Assembly: GCA_951406725.2 (NCBI GenBank)
Contig: OX597821.1
Span: forward strand, 69,068,001 to 69,132,000
DNA length: 64,000 bases
Source: Octopus vulgaris
Lineage: Eukaryota
Direction: 5' to 3'
The translations under genes and the position numbers were made by a program. A model generated the notes under the pieces. The model was not told the origin of the DNA, did no database searches, and worked only from the letters and a program-made list of their open reading frames with translations. This document shows, piece after piece, positions 1 through 13,348 of the stretch; position 1 is the first letter of the stretch, and every line of letters starts with the position of its first letter.

Positions 1-1023
1 ATACATAGAAGCTATATGTATTCAGTTAATCATACGGGTATAGTGTATACTAGTGTGTAGGTGGTATGTGAACTGTGTGAATGTTACTCAGTGGTTCTTG
101 TAAGCCAACCCCCTCTGCATTTTCTTCGATTTTTGTTGGGTGTGACACTTCAAATACTTAATCTCTCTCTCTCTCTTTATCTCTCTCCCTCACACACGTT
201 TTGGTGCTTTAACACTCCACCATATCTATTCCAACACCAGCAATGATCGATGTGACAAGAGCTTACGTTACAATAAATGTACCTTAGGGTCTGACTGCTA
301 TAATTAGTTTTTGTTAGTTACACCGAAAGCACTACGGTATATTTGTATATATATATGTGTGTAGGTACGTAAGCCATCCTGAATACTAAGCCTTTGCTAC
401 CAGCACTTCGATGTTGTTTAATTAGTTAGCTTGAATCAGACAGGACATTTTTCAGTAGTAAATTTAAAGCGTGAAAAATAAAAGAAATAAAACAAAACTC
501 TGCCAGTTTCATCTCGGTCTCTTTCTTCTGCTAGTATTTCTAATAACTCGGCGATGCATCAGATTTTAGATTTATCTAATACATTTTGTATGGTACCTTT
601 GTACTCTTGTAATGCTGTTCTTTGGAGACGTTCTCTCATTCATTTCAGCGTCACCATAGCTTGAGTCTGTTCTTGGTTTCTAATATTTCTTCCGATATTC
701 TCCATCTTGTATCTTTGTTAACGCTTCTTCCTACCTACAGTGTAGTAGTAACACTTCCTACATTTCTGTATCTCCATGTAGTATCCCTTCTGCCGTGTCT
801 ATATTTAAAACATGTATCCCACCTCAAGCCTCTTATAAGCACCATGCAGTTATTGCACCATTTAAAATATTCTTTCTAAACACCTCTGTAGCAATACGTA
901 TTATAATTTCTAACGCCTTCACATAATGCATGTATTACATACACCTTGCAATATCTCTTGAACACTCCTCAGGTAGTATCCTTGCTCACATAATGTACGC
1001 GATTATAGTATTTCTTAATCGTT

Positions 1024-1064
<41 letters not shown>

Positions 1065-1408
1065 ATGCACAAACTGCTGCTGTAGTCCTTCCGACTTATT
1101 TATCCACACTATGTATTTAAGTTTTTACATACTCTTTGTATTCATTATAACGCAATAGATCTTTAATTACAGTACCTTTTAATTTTATTTTCTCTCCACC
1201 ACTGAAGGGTGACCGCTTTATATATATATTTATATATTATAGATAGATAGGTAGGTAGACAGATGTAGTCTTTTGGTGAAATTACTCAAAACTACTTGTG
1301 TAAGAGAGAATGAGGAGTGACAATGTGTAGCAGTGCACACATACACATACTGACTGCAGTGTTGTGCAGCAGAGAAGCTGTTTTGTTGAATGGTCATTGT
1401 AAATCATT

Positions 1409-1444
<36 letters not shown>

Positions 1445-1899
1445 ACTAATTGAAGCAAACGGTCGTTCTATAGTGAGTTAATGATGATGTTTAGCCAGAG
1501 GTCTGTTCTCGTCAAACACCTATGATCAAAGGTGTTTCAGCACTTTGACTATCCTATCTTTTCGTATTTATCAGGGATCACATTGTCCTGTGGAATAAAT
1601 AAATAAATAAGACTGACAGGTCATATTTGCCTTCAGGTGGCCTGGTGAAAACGTTCACAAAGCTTACTCGACACATTACAAAGCTTGTTTTTGTCAAAGC
1701 TTCCTTTCGCAATTCAATCTATCCCACAAGGAGTAAATTGAATCCGGTCCGTCCGACAGGTTTCCTTCCCCATAGTGGTTGCAAAGCAAATTTCTCTTAC
1801 ATATGCATCCTTTATTTAATAGGGTAAATATATGATTTGAAGGAAATTTGGTTGCTATTTCCTGCTTGTCGAATGGCTACATAGATTTCCTTCTTTTGC

Positions 1900-2544
1900 G
1901 ATCGTGCCGTACTGTAGAGTTTTTTTATGTTAACACACGTATGTTTATTTGCACGTTGTCGTTTAACTCCAAGTGAGCCTTCCTGCCGTGACCATCCCGT
2001 CTATTTTTCAGGTTTTGCGTGCCCAGACAATCTTAATTCAATGTCTTTTTTCTAAGACGGTAGGATGTGACTTGGCTGCTATTTCTAGCAGTTTGAGTGA
2101 CCACGTAGAGGCTCACTCGCGGCTCTTCTATTTGCACGTATTTATGCTTGAGTGTGCGCCTGCTTAGTGTCCCCACTCCCGGTCCCGAAGCGGAAGTGTG
2201 GAGTGATCGACATCCAATCTCCAATCTGCCTTGTCTTCCTGTCTCTTTCCAGTTGTAGCAGCAGCGGCAACATTTATCCTTATTCTCTCTCTCCTTCCTT
2301 TTGTTTCTCATTACCTCCCGTCGCCGCCGAAGCTGCTATTAGGACTACTACTAATTCCACCACCACCACCACTACCACCATATTCTCAACCCTTCTCATT
2401 AGCATCGAGTTGTATATGTATGCATTTTCTTTCCTTACCGTCCAGTCCGGATTTCTGCACCGAGAACAAATACATTGAATATACCTGTTTCTGATCGTTT
2501 GACGGTTTTTACCATCCAACAGTCGAATCTACCACCACCACTCT

Positions 2545-2594
<50 letters not shown>

Positions 2595-2600
2595 TGACTC
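1900..2600. promoter_or_regulatory. Putative CpG-retaining promoter/5' region of a host gene
   Basis: CpG is common up to ~2980 and scarce afterwards. ETS-type CGGAAGTG at 2191-2198, followed by pyrimidine-rich, UTR-like sequence with (CAC)n/(CTA)n runs. Confidence 0.35.
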
Positions 2601-3368
2601 TCCTCCCACTTACTTTTGCATTAGTAATTTATTGACTTGTGGAAAAAAATTATTGTTCAATTAAGATTTTCTGTAGGCAGCCCCCTCTTCCCACAAAACA
2701 CATTCCGATGCCCCCCTCACCTACTTTAACACTGGCACCATTACCTCATAATTACACCCCCCCTCTTTTCCAGCACCTAATGTAAATCCTTGTTGATCCT
2801 TCCACTTTCTCTTCTAAGACTTCCTATCTGCTGACCTTTAGATTCCAGACGTGGTCGCCCGAACTCTTAGAAATAGCAGCCAAAATGTCTTTCACATTAA
2901 ATACCCTACTGTTTTAAAATAAGAACGATACATTCGTGACATTGTAGTTGTAGTGCATGAAAAAAAGGTGGGATCGTCACTTCTGGAATGCTTCTAAAAA
3001 TAGGGCTGCTTGATTGTGTCTCACCTGGTGCTAAAGACCCTCAACAACCTTCATTCTTCTTTGACTCTCCAAATTCCATATCTGATCTCCCTTCTTCCTT
3101 CTGTTCCACACTTGCCATGTACACCTTGGTTCTGTTACCAAGAAAATTTGCTTGTGAACATTGTGGTGCTAACTTTTGTACTTTTCTAAGAATTTACTTT
3201 GAGTATTTATGAAGATATGGGACATTTTTTTTTCACACAGGGATCTATTCAGGATCCATATTCCGCTGGGCTCTCAACTCCTTATTGGATGCCAGAGCAT
3301 TACAGTGTTCATCATACACACTCCCACATCTATATCTATCTATCTATCTATATATCCATCTATCTATA

Positions 3369-3415
<47 letters not shown>

Positions 3416-3446
3416 ATATATATATATCTATATACACACACACACA

Positions 3447-3491
<45 letters not shown>

Positions 3492-3650
3492 TACAACAAA
3501 TTATGGACCCATGGCCTTGTCAGTTGCTATCTAGCTGTCCAACCCATGCCAGCATGGAAAATGTACATTAAAAGTTGATGATGATATATATGTGTGTGTG
3601 TTTGTGTGTGTATGTTTGTATGTGTGTCATCATCATCATCATCATCATCG

Positions 3651-3685
<35 letters not shown>

Positions 3686-4869
3686 CTTGCTAATGTTTCT
3701 AGACATGGTTGCTTGACTTGTTAAATAGAGGAGCCAAATACCCTTAAATCACACTTCATTCCCTTAAAACCAGGACATATTGGATAGTGTGGTCCTTGAT
3801 AAGTAAAATGATGGGATGGTTATCATTAGAATGGTTTAAGATCATATTCCTGTTTTATCAGGGCTTACTTTGGGCTAAACATATTATGTTCTTAGCCATA
3901 TATACTTCTGTGTTTGTGTCTGTGTGCACGGTAAAACCTGATGAGTAGATTTTGTAGTTGTTATTCACAGGGCTAGCTAGTTGTGAATAGGCCCAGTTAG
4001 AACGGAAACATGATTAACTGTGAAAACTAGTCACGAAATAAAGAATACAACATATTGTACCTCTTGAAGAATTGAGTGTATTAATCAATATGTTTGAGCC
4101 TTGTTATTATGAACAAAGAACAACATTTATCTGTGTACTCTATGTATCTGTCTATCTGTCTGTTTATCTATTTGTCTGTCTGGTCTGTCTAGCTCTCTCT
4201 CTCTCTTTCTGACTATCTGTCTCTCTGTCTCTCAGTCTATCTGTCTGTGTATCTGTCTATCCATCTGTCAGTAAACTGTTTTTCAAATTCTGCTTCTTGC
4301 AACAATTTCCATTGGCATTGTCTCCCAGACAAGAGGCTCAACAACTACAACAATCAGAACTAACAACAACTATAGCAGTAAAGCTACACCTATTTCCTTC
4401 TACACTTGGAATGGTGAATGCTGCCATCTTTAATATACCCAACTACTGCTTACATTTTAAACACCATAATCCTCCTCATTGAAGGCACACTAAACACTGT
4501 TCCCCTTTAAGCCTGCTATTTCTCATAGGTTACCATATTAGATAGTGAAAATGCATGAATGTTGCACCATCACATTTGCCCCTTTTTATTAATTTGATTA
4601 CATCATTTTTAAATAAGATTACTATCCCCTGTATTCATTTGTTGTAGCATATAGTGTGGAAAGAGTGAGTGTTATGTTAAGCATCACTGTTGAGGCTTTC
4701 TGATTCATCTGTATATTAATCTTAGTATTCAAGATACCTTACCTGTATATGTTCCTCCCGTATTATTTAGCCCTCTGCCTGTCTCTATTATATATATATA
4801 TATCTTTACATACACATGTGTGTATTATATGTATCTGTAAATAATTAATATGGTTGTAAGAAAAATGAA

Positions 4870-5091
4870 CCTTCTTGCATTTAAACCAGCCATATTCGGC
4901 CAAAATATTCTGTCTACTTTATGTTCAACCTGGCCAGATTTGGCCTCTCATACCAATCCTACACTATCATTCTAAAAATTAACAAGTTACCTCATCATAA
5001 TTTCAATGCTTACAAGATAATGCATGATTAATTCAAAACAATGTGAATAAATAAGCATTGCTTTTGACAGAATAATATGGATGGTCAAGGG
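4870..5091. mobile_element. piggyBac-like MITE, decayed copy
   Basis: Homologous to 34118-34337 in the opposite orientation. CC...GGG ends, flanked by TGAA on both sides. Confidence 0.6.
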
Positions 5092-5876
5092 TGAAGCAAT
5101 GTGTTAGCATATCTATGAAACCCAGAGCAATAACCATGGGGTCCATATTGCTCGCATTTGTCAACAATAGACCTGGTTACAAAATCCTTATAATAATTTA
5201 GCATGAGTAGATTAGCATGAAACCTGTTTGGAGACTGACACAATAGGCTGGCTGCACATTTCTGTTGAACAGGAACAATATAATCACAGCACATGTAACC
5301 AGGTATGCATGTGTGTGTATGTATGTATGTATATGGGTGTGTGTGTGTTTGTGTGTATATATGTATGTATATATATATATACATATATATAAGCATACAT
5401 ACACCATTTTTTGCTTTATGTCCATTTTCCCCATGCTAGCATGGGTCAGATGGAGAGATTTTAAAGCATCATTTTATGGCTGGATGCTCTACCTGTTGCC
5501 AACATTTACTTGTTTGCCAAATATAGGATTTCTTTATTCTACTAGTCTGGAAAATTAAGAACAATCACTTGTAATGCCATGAGACTAAGCATCACATTAC
5601 TGCTGTACACTCAGACAGCGATGAATGAAAGCCTGGGCTGTTAACATTTACATGCACACATGGACACACACAAGTACATAACATGCTTCTTTCCAGTTTT
5701 TGCCTACCAATTCCACTCACAGAGCATAGATTGGTTTGAGGCTATTATTAGAAGACACTTGCTCAGGGTTTCATGCTGTAGGGTAGAATTTAAAAAACCC
5801 AAAGAGCTATGAAGTTCTCTGTAGCCACAAAAGTACGCCTGTGCCTAGATATGCACATTCATACATATATAGTGAA

Positions 5877-6145
5877 GGTACATGGCTCAGAGGTACGGGT
5901 GTTGCATTCAATAGCGAGATCATGGGTTTGATTCCCAGACCAGGCGCTGTGTTGTGTTCTTGAACAAAGAACTTCATTTCATGTTGCTCTGCAATCATTT
6001 CGACATCTGACATGTGGCACCCAGTTGCACCTGTACAGGTAATGTCGATTTGATGGAGGGAGTGAGCTTATGTCTACACAAATATCTGATCATTATAAAC
6101 AGATCATCTCTGTGTTTGTTTGGTAAGAAATTGTCGAACCCTCAT
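5877..6145 (+). mobile_element. tRNA-derived SINE (family with TGTGTTCTTGAGCAAGACACTT body)
   Basis: A-box/B-box-like head; body shared with 43770-43930, 18720-18840 and 55850-56090. Confidence 0.6.
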
Positions 6146-6179
6146 ATGTTAGGAGAGTCCATTATATATATGTGTGTGT

Positions 6180-6536
6180 GGAGGCTCAATGGCCTAGTGG
6201 TTAGGGTAGCAGACTCGCAGTCATAGGATCACAGTTTTGATTCCCAGACCGAACGTTGTGAGTGTTTATTGAGGGAAAACTCCTAAAGCTCCACGAGGTT
6301 CTGGCAGGGGGTGGTGGTGAACCCTGCTGTACTCTTTCACCACAACTTTCTCTCACTTTTTCTTCCTGTTTCTGTTGTACCTGTTTTTCAAAGGGCCAGC
6401 CTTGTTACCCTGAGAACTATGTTAAGGGCACACATGTCTGTGGAGTTCTCAGCCACTTGCACATTAATTTCATGAGCAGGCGGTTCCATTGATTGGATCA
6501 ACTGGAACCCTCGTCGTTGTAACCAACGGAGTGCCA
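6180..6536 (+). mobile_element. tRNA-derived SINE, second family
   Basis: TGGCCTAGTGG A box and TTTGATTCCC B-box-like motif. The 3' part recurs at 27520-27686 (GGAACCCTCGTCGTCGTAACC). Confidence 0.65.
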
Positions 6537-6980
6537 TGTATACATGTGTGTGTGTGTGTCTTTATATGTACATATGTATTAAAAGTCAGGGTACAGTATG
6601 TACCTGTTTGCTTGAAAGAAGAATAAAACCATGTACTTCTCACTATATGTAAACACGCATGGAGAATGTTGCAAATACATTTAGAAAAACGGTTCTTCTA
6701 GTTTGTAAGTCTACAAACAGGAGCATAGATATCCCAGTATCAATTGATTTCACTTTATAATCATCATCATCGTTTAATATCCAGTCTCTGTGCTGGCATG
6801 GGTTGGATAGTTTGACATGGAGCTTGCTAGCAGGGAACTGGCTGAACTCCAACTGTCTGTTGTGGCAAGGTTTCTACAGATGGATGCCCTTCCTAATGCC
6901 AACCACTTGGCAGAGTGTGCTGGGTGCTTTTTACATGTCACCATATATTTTTTTCTCTCTAGTTTCAGCTGTGGCCAACC

Positions 6981-7024
<44 letters not shown>

Positions 7025-7037
7025 CCATATATACATA

Positions 7038-7270
7038 CAGGGTTGGCCAAAAGTCACCTGACAGTAAATCAAAGCCATTTAATTCCAAGATTTATTTATG
7101 TTTAACAACTGAATGAATTTAATAAAAGCATCTAGATATGAAACATCATGAATGTTGTTCAAACTGAAGTCCTTCTTGAGCGACATATTTTATCATTCGA
7201 GTCAGTACAGAATTACAGATAGTATTTATGGAATTTTGATTTACTCTTGGGTGTCTCTTGGCCAACCCTG
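7038..7270. mobile_element. Tc1/mariner-type MITE
   Basis: TIRs CAGGGTTGGCCAAAAGTCACC and GGTGTCTCTTGGCCAACCCTG, with TA on both sides. Confidence 0.8.
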
Positions 7271-7294
7271 TATATAAATCTATATAGATATATA

Positions 7295-7648
7295 TTCTTT
7301 TATTTTTTTCAGTCATTTAACTGTGGTCATGCTGGAGCACTGCCTTTAGTCAAACGAATCGACCTCAGAACTTATTCTTTGTAAGCCTAGTACTTAGTGT
7401 ATCGGTCTTTTTTGCCGAACTGCTAATTGAGGGGGACATAAACACACCAATATCGGTTGTAATGCGCTGGTGGAGGGACAAACACACACAGGCACACACA
7501 CATATATATACAATGGACTTCTTTCAGTTTCCGTCTGCCAAATCCACTCACAGAACTTTGGTTGGCCCGAGGCTATAGTAGAAGACAATTGTCCAAGGTG
7601 CCATGTGGTCGGGAAGGAAGCTTCTTACCACACAGCCACTCCTGCGCC
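7295..7648 (-). mobile_element. Dominant tRNA-derived SINE (octopus OR-type/CORE-like)
   Basis: Head GGCGCAGGAGTGGCTGTGTGGTAAG, internal microsatellite, tail GCTCCAGCATG...TGACTGAAA. Roughly 20 full or partial copies in the window. Confidence 0.8.
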
Positions 7649-8152
7649 TATACATATACAAAATGAAATTCATAATTTGTTGGAATTTCCTTTTGAAATT
7701 TTTGCAATTGTGAGTTATTCTCAAGAAGAGGAAATCATTGCAAGAAATTAAGATTACTTTCTGGAGTGGATTTGCATGCTAGCCTGAACTTTGCTGCACT
7801 CAGTGAACAACTGTGGATAAGTGTTTTGGTTCTAGATGTCTGTCTAGATGTGTATGCTTGTATATACATGGGTGTATGGTTAAGAAGCTTGCTTTGCTGC
7901 CATATGGTTTCAGGTTCAGTTCCACTACATCTTGGGCCTGCATCTATAACCCCGAGTTGACATCTTGGGAGTGAATTTGGTAGATAGAAACTGTGAGGAA
8001 GCCTGTTGTGTAGATATGTATCTGTGTGCGTATATACATATATGTATATATTTATATATAATATAATATGAATGTGTGCATGTGTGTTTATATGTGTGGT
8101 GCCCCAGTATGGCCGCGGCCTTTGGGCTAAAACATTAAGGATTTAAGGATAG

Positions 8153-8440
8153 ATATTTGTATATATTACATGTATCCACACACAAACACACACGCATATA
8201 TATGTATACGTATATATCTATATATACATAACATACATAAATATATATATAATGTGTTTACATAAATATTTGTATATATTACATGTATCCACACACAAAC
8301 ACACACACATATATATGTATACGTATATATCTATATATACATAAATATATATATAATGTGTTTGCATAAATATTTGTATATACTGCATGTATCCATATAC
8401 ATACACACAAACACATATATACATATATATCTATGTATAC
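8153..8440. repeat. Tandemly duplicated (TA/CA)-rich minisatellite, period ~113 bp
   Basis: ATATTTGTATATATTACATGTATCCACACACAAAC repeated at 8153 and 8266, with a diverged copy near 8370. Confidence 0.7.
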
Positions 8441-8443
8441 ATG

Positions 8444-8478
<35 letters not shown>

Positions 8479-8893
8479 TCATATATATGTGTATATGTAT
8501 TCGCATATATATGTATATATATATACATATATGTATACATAAATGTATATGTGTACATATGTATATGTGTGTATATATATATATATGCATGCGCATATAT
8601 ATAAATATATACACACATGTATTTATATGTATATGTACGTGTATAAAACTGCACAAAGAAATGTGTATGTTTGAATTTACAAACAAGGAAAAATTATTGC
8701 TGAGTTTCCTCTGTTGCATATTGGAAGGATAATCAGAGTAGGAGCTGAAAGAAATCTCAGCCCTACAGTATTGTGTCTGTGTTGGGTATATGAGGCAGAA
8801 AGGAGTAACATTTTCAGCTCTAATATATATTTTATAATCCACTGTGTGTTTAGGTTTTGTGTTCTTCATGTTGAAAGTGTCTGGTTTTTATGA

Positions 8894-8929
<36 letters not shown>

Positions 8930-11320
8930 TGTGTGTGTGTGCCTGCCTTTTGAAAAATATCATTCACTTATTTTTTTTTTTTTGCAATGTGATGTGTTTG
9001 GAGATGTTAAGCAGCTGAATGAATGGTGGTGCGTTGGTGATTTCTCTGTTTCCATTCTCTGTCTGAATAAATTACCCGGCCATGCTGGTAGAGTGGCGAC
9101 TAAGCATGAGTAAGCTGCACTAGCACCGGTGTGTATGTATCTATATATGTATGTTTGTATGTGTGTGTGTGTGTGTATTATAGCCAACCGAGATGACTGG
9201 CTTGTTGGACATAAACCAAGTAATGCTGCAAATATTGTCAAGGGAAAACCAGATGATGCTGTAGCTGCTGTTTTATATCTTGTCTAGATGTGGTAGTTAG
9301 TGGCAGTGTTTGTGGTTGAGTTAACTGCTGCTACTAATGCTGATGTTGTCATTATTGTTAAAGTCCCTGGTCAACCCTGATTGAGCAACACAATGATCAA
9401 AGACATTTCTGCTCTAACAATTTTTTTTTTGTGTATATCTAGGACTATATTTTTTTTTTAGTGTAGCTATGTTTCTTTATGATAGTAGGAAATAATTTGA
9501 AGGAATTTGGCTGCTATTTCTAGCAGATCGGGTTACTGTGTAGAGGCTCAATCATTAGCTCTTACTACTAATACTGTTGTTCAGCCCAGGTCGACAACCC
9601 TGACTGACACAGACCAGACCTGTGATAAAAGATGTTTCAGGTGTGACTGTCCCATCCTTCTCACAGTCATTGTTTATCTAGTACTTCATTATTCAGGTTG
9701 CGCCCCCTACTCCCATTTCCTTTATGACAACAGTAAGGAGTAATCTGAGGGAGATTTGGCTGCTATTTCTGTCAGGTCAGACTACCATGTAGAAGCTCAT
9801 TCTTTGGCTGGATGTTGCTGCTGCTGCTGCTAGTGGTATGACTGCATGACAATGTCTTTGCTGGTTGATCTTCTCCAACTACATAAAGCATTCTAGATAC
9901 TAAATAAAAAAGAAAAAAAGGGCATAGAACCCCCGAAGTGTTGCTAATCCCTTCATTTTGTTGTTATTTTATGCCTTAGAATTGTGGGTAAATCAGCCCA
10001 AAGCTTTCTACTGTACACTTCAGTTGGCTTCCTTTTTTTTTTTCTCACCTGCTACAATGATGACTAAATGTGCTGATCATTCATCTGTTTATCTATTACC
10101 TAAACATTGATTGATTTAGATGTTATGACATATTCTATCATTTTTAATCATATTAAAAAGGAGAGGGAGAGGGAGAGAGAGACAGGGAGGAAAGAGATAT
10201 GGGATGAATCTTTATATTTAGTGCCAGAGACATTTTCTTTGAAAGACACAAAAGAAAGTGGGAACCGAAGAGATAAGAAAAAGAATATGACAATTCATTA
10301 AGATTAGTAGATTTTTCTCCAAGAAGAAACATAAATGCCTGTGTGTTGTTTCTCGCTTCTTTCTTTAAATTATTTCTCATGATTAATTTTGTTGTTATTG
10401 TTACCACTGTTGATGTTTATTTGCTTTTCTGTTGTTGGATTATGATACGATTGATTGCTAGCAGATAAGTGGTGTGTATGTGCCCCCGTTTGTGTATGTA
10501 TGTATGTATGTACGTGTGTGTTTGTGTGTGTGTGTGTGTGCTGGTGTTGCAGTCGAATGCAGTAGCATACTGAAGGCTTGTCTGAACACAACTAGATTGT
10601 ATGTAGAGAAATGAGTTCCTAGCACTGTATATCTGGTCAATGATTCACACACACAAGCCGTGTTGAATCACAAGATAATAAGATTGATAGTGTGTGTCTG
10701 TTATATAGTTTTGTAATGGCCGGTAAATGACTTTGGCTTTTGTACAGTTACTGCAATACAGACACACACATACACATGTACATATTTATATATATGTCTA
10801 CATAATATTATATGTGTGTGATTTTACCTTCTAATGCCTGTAGAATAAGTGAAGAGACAAGGGTAGAATTAATGAACAGACAAGGCATAGAGATATGATT
10901 TTATTAAGTATAGGGTTATTATTTAAGAGTGTTACCATACATTCCTGCACACTTTGCAGTCATTATATCTTTTGTTCTGTATACTAATTGCCAAATAAAG
11001 CTTTCATAATATTAAATACCACACCTGTGGTATTTAACTTATATGTTAATCATCCAGCTGCACTGGAACTGTCTCTGGATGTGAAACCAGGAAACTGAAT
11101 GATGATATATATATATAGGCCAGCCATGGACCAATCAGTACCTTTTGAGTGATATTGGTCGATGGAAATTCTGTAGATCTTTGCGTGTGTTCATATATAT
11201 ATATATATATATTATACATGTTTATATGTATATAATATATATATATATATTATATACACATAAACATGTATAATATATACACGCACACACACATAATGTG
11301 TGTCTATATATGAATGTATG

Positions 11321-11351
<31 letters not shown>

Positions 11352-11410
11352 CTCATATGTATATGCGTATTTATATATGTGTGTGTATATGTGTATATTC
11401 ATGTGTACCT

Positions 11411-11459
<49 letters not shown>

Positions 11460-11936
11460 CACACATGCATGTATATATATTTATATACATACATGTATAT
11501 ATGTGTATAGATATATATACATGTGTGTAGGTTTGGCTAGGATGTGTGGTAAGAAGTTTGCTTCCCCAACCACTTGGTTCCAGGTTCAGTCTCACTGTAT
11601 TACACCTTTGTTTTGTGTCTTCTATAACTCCTGCACTAACCAAAGTGTTTGGGAATTGAATAAGTGGAAACTGAAAGAAACCCTTTGTATATATATATAT
11701 ATGTATGTGTTTGTGTGTGTGTGAATGCATGTGTGTTACTGTCTGCTTGCCCTGGCATTGCGCAATAGTTGTGAGTGTCACCATCATATAAAGCAATATC
11801 CTCTGCTTTCAATCTTTTAAGACATGTCTACCTTACTGGGAAACAGGTTGAGGTGACAGAAAATCTACCTCAACAATTTCTGTCTGACTGATGTGGACTT
11901 TAAAGGATTATGTATATATGTGTGTGTGTATACACA

Positions 11937-13024
11937 CAGAGTGCTGTGAATAGACTGTCGTCTAAATTACGCAGAAATGAAAATAACTCTAACATCTCAT
12001 TTTAACAGATATCCCTCTCTCTCTCTTTCGGAGAGGCACTGAGCAGCTATACGCACACATACACACACGGCAGTAACTTCCACCTACCGAATTCAATCAC
12101 AAAGCTCCGGTCGGCTCGGGGCTATAGTGAAAGACACCTACCCAAAGTGCCATGCAGTGGGACTGAACCCGAAACTATGTAACTAGGAAGCAAGCTCCCT
12201 AACCACACAGCCATGCCCGCGCCTACGTTTGTCAAAATTACATATAAATATCTTGAAATACTAGAGTAAAGTTATTCAATAAAATTACCATTGGCTTCAA
12301 CTACAGCCTCCGGACGACTTTGGAATCTGCAACTCTTCTGGATGGTCTACTTGTTTAAGTTGGTGAATGCTGCCATAATCCTTGTTTTCAGTTCATCTTT
12401 GGTGTTACAAGGAGTTTTGTTGGTCTCTCGCTCAACTGCGCCCCACACATAATAATCAAGGGGGTTGCAGTCTAAGGAGTTAGGTGGCCAGATGTTAGGG
12501 GTGTTGTGGACACAGAAATTGTCTGACAGCTATGACTGGGTTCTCCTGCCTGTGTGGCATGGTGGAGAGTCCTGTTGCGAGACATAGGGTCTTCCAGCAG
12601 CCACCCTCTTGACCCAGGGCAGCACTACCTCCTCCAGGCACTTGATGTAGGCCGTCATGTTGATTGAGAGGCCATGTGGGAAGGGGAATAAAAGCAGAAT
12701 GTTAACATCACTAGTGATCACTCCAAACACCATGATGTTGACTGGATGTTTGATTTTGATCACTCGGTACATGTCCTCAGATTGCATTGTTCTCAGACTG
12801 ACACCCAAGCACTCTGAAATGTTCATATTGGAGCTTCCGGCGCAAATGCCAAGCATGTTGTTTCCAAATTTCTGGCAGAGTGAATTGACCATGGTGCTGT
12901 TTTTCTCTCAGATGGTGCTCAACTGACCCTACTATACTGTGTAGTCAACAAAATCAAAAGCAAACAATGTGCATGCATGAAATCAAAGAATATAAAATGG
13001 CAACAAGTTATCCATTACACCATG
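11937..13024 (-). mobile_element. Decayed, internally deleted Tc1/mariner-superfamily transposon of maT (DD37D) type
   Basis: Minus-strand translation QQDSPPCHTGRRTQS*LSDNFCVHNTPNIWPPNSLDCNPLDYYVWGAVERET gives 37 residues between the catalytic Ds. Imperfect TIRs at both ends; in-frame stop. Confidence 0.8.
12069..12223 (-). mobile_element. SINE head nested in the maT element
   Basis: Matches the 5' half of the dominant SINE (CAGTGGGACTGAACCC...CACAGCCATGCCCGCGCC on +). Confidence 0.75.
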
Positions 13025-13313
13025 TATAAATAAATGTTGACCAACAAGAATGAGTGCTCAACATGGCATTGGTGGATAAAATTTCTTTATTTGCCTATTA
13101 AGGCTACCATTGGTTTCCTGTTAAGAAAAATATCTTAATATCTTTACAATTTTTCAAGCCGATCACATGAAGGAATGATGTTCATGTCCATCCTGGATGA
13201 AAACACAAAATGCCAGATACTGGATCAGGATGCAGTTCTTGGAGCTGCTGGATCCTGTCTAGTCGTCCCATCCATGCCAGTATGGAACATGGACATTAAA
13301 TGATGCCTACCCC

Positions 13314-13348
<35 letters not shown>

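Noticed and set aside
3199-3578. ORFs rich in YIYI/HTHT/CVCV (also 8218-8869, 11298-11796, 16080-16429, 39507-39879, 41236-41463, 42351-43000)
   Set aside because: Translations of stop-free microsatellites, not proteins.
6180-6260. tRNA-like sequences (also 43860-43932 and the SINE heads)
   Set aside because: SINE heads without a complete cloverleaf or acceptor stem; not tRNA genes.
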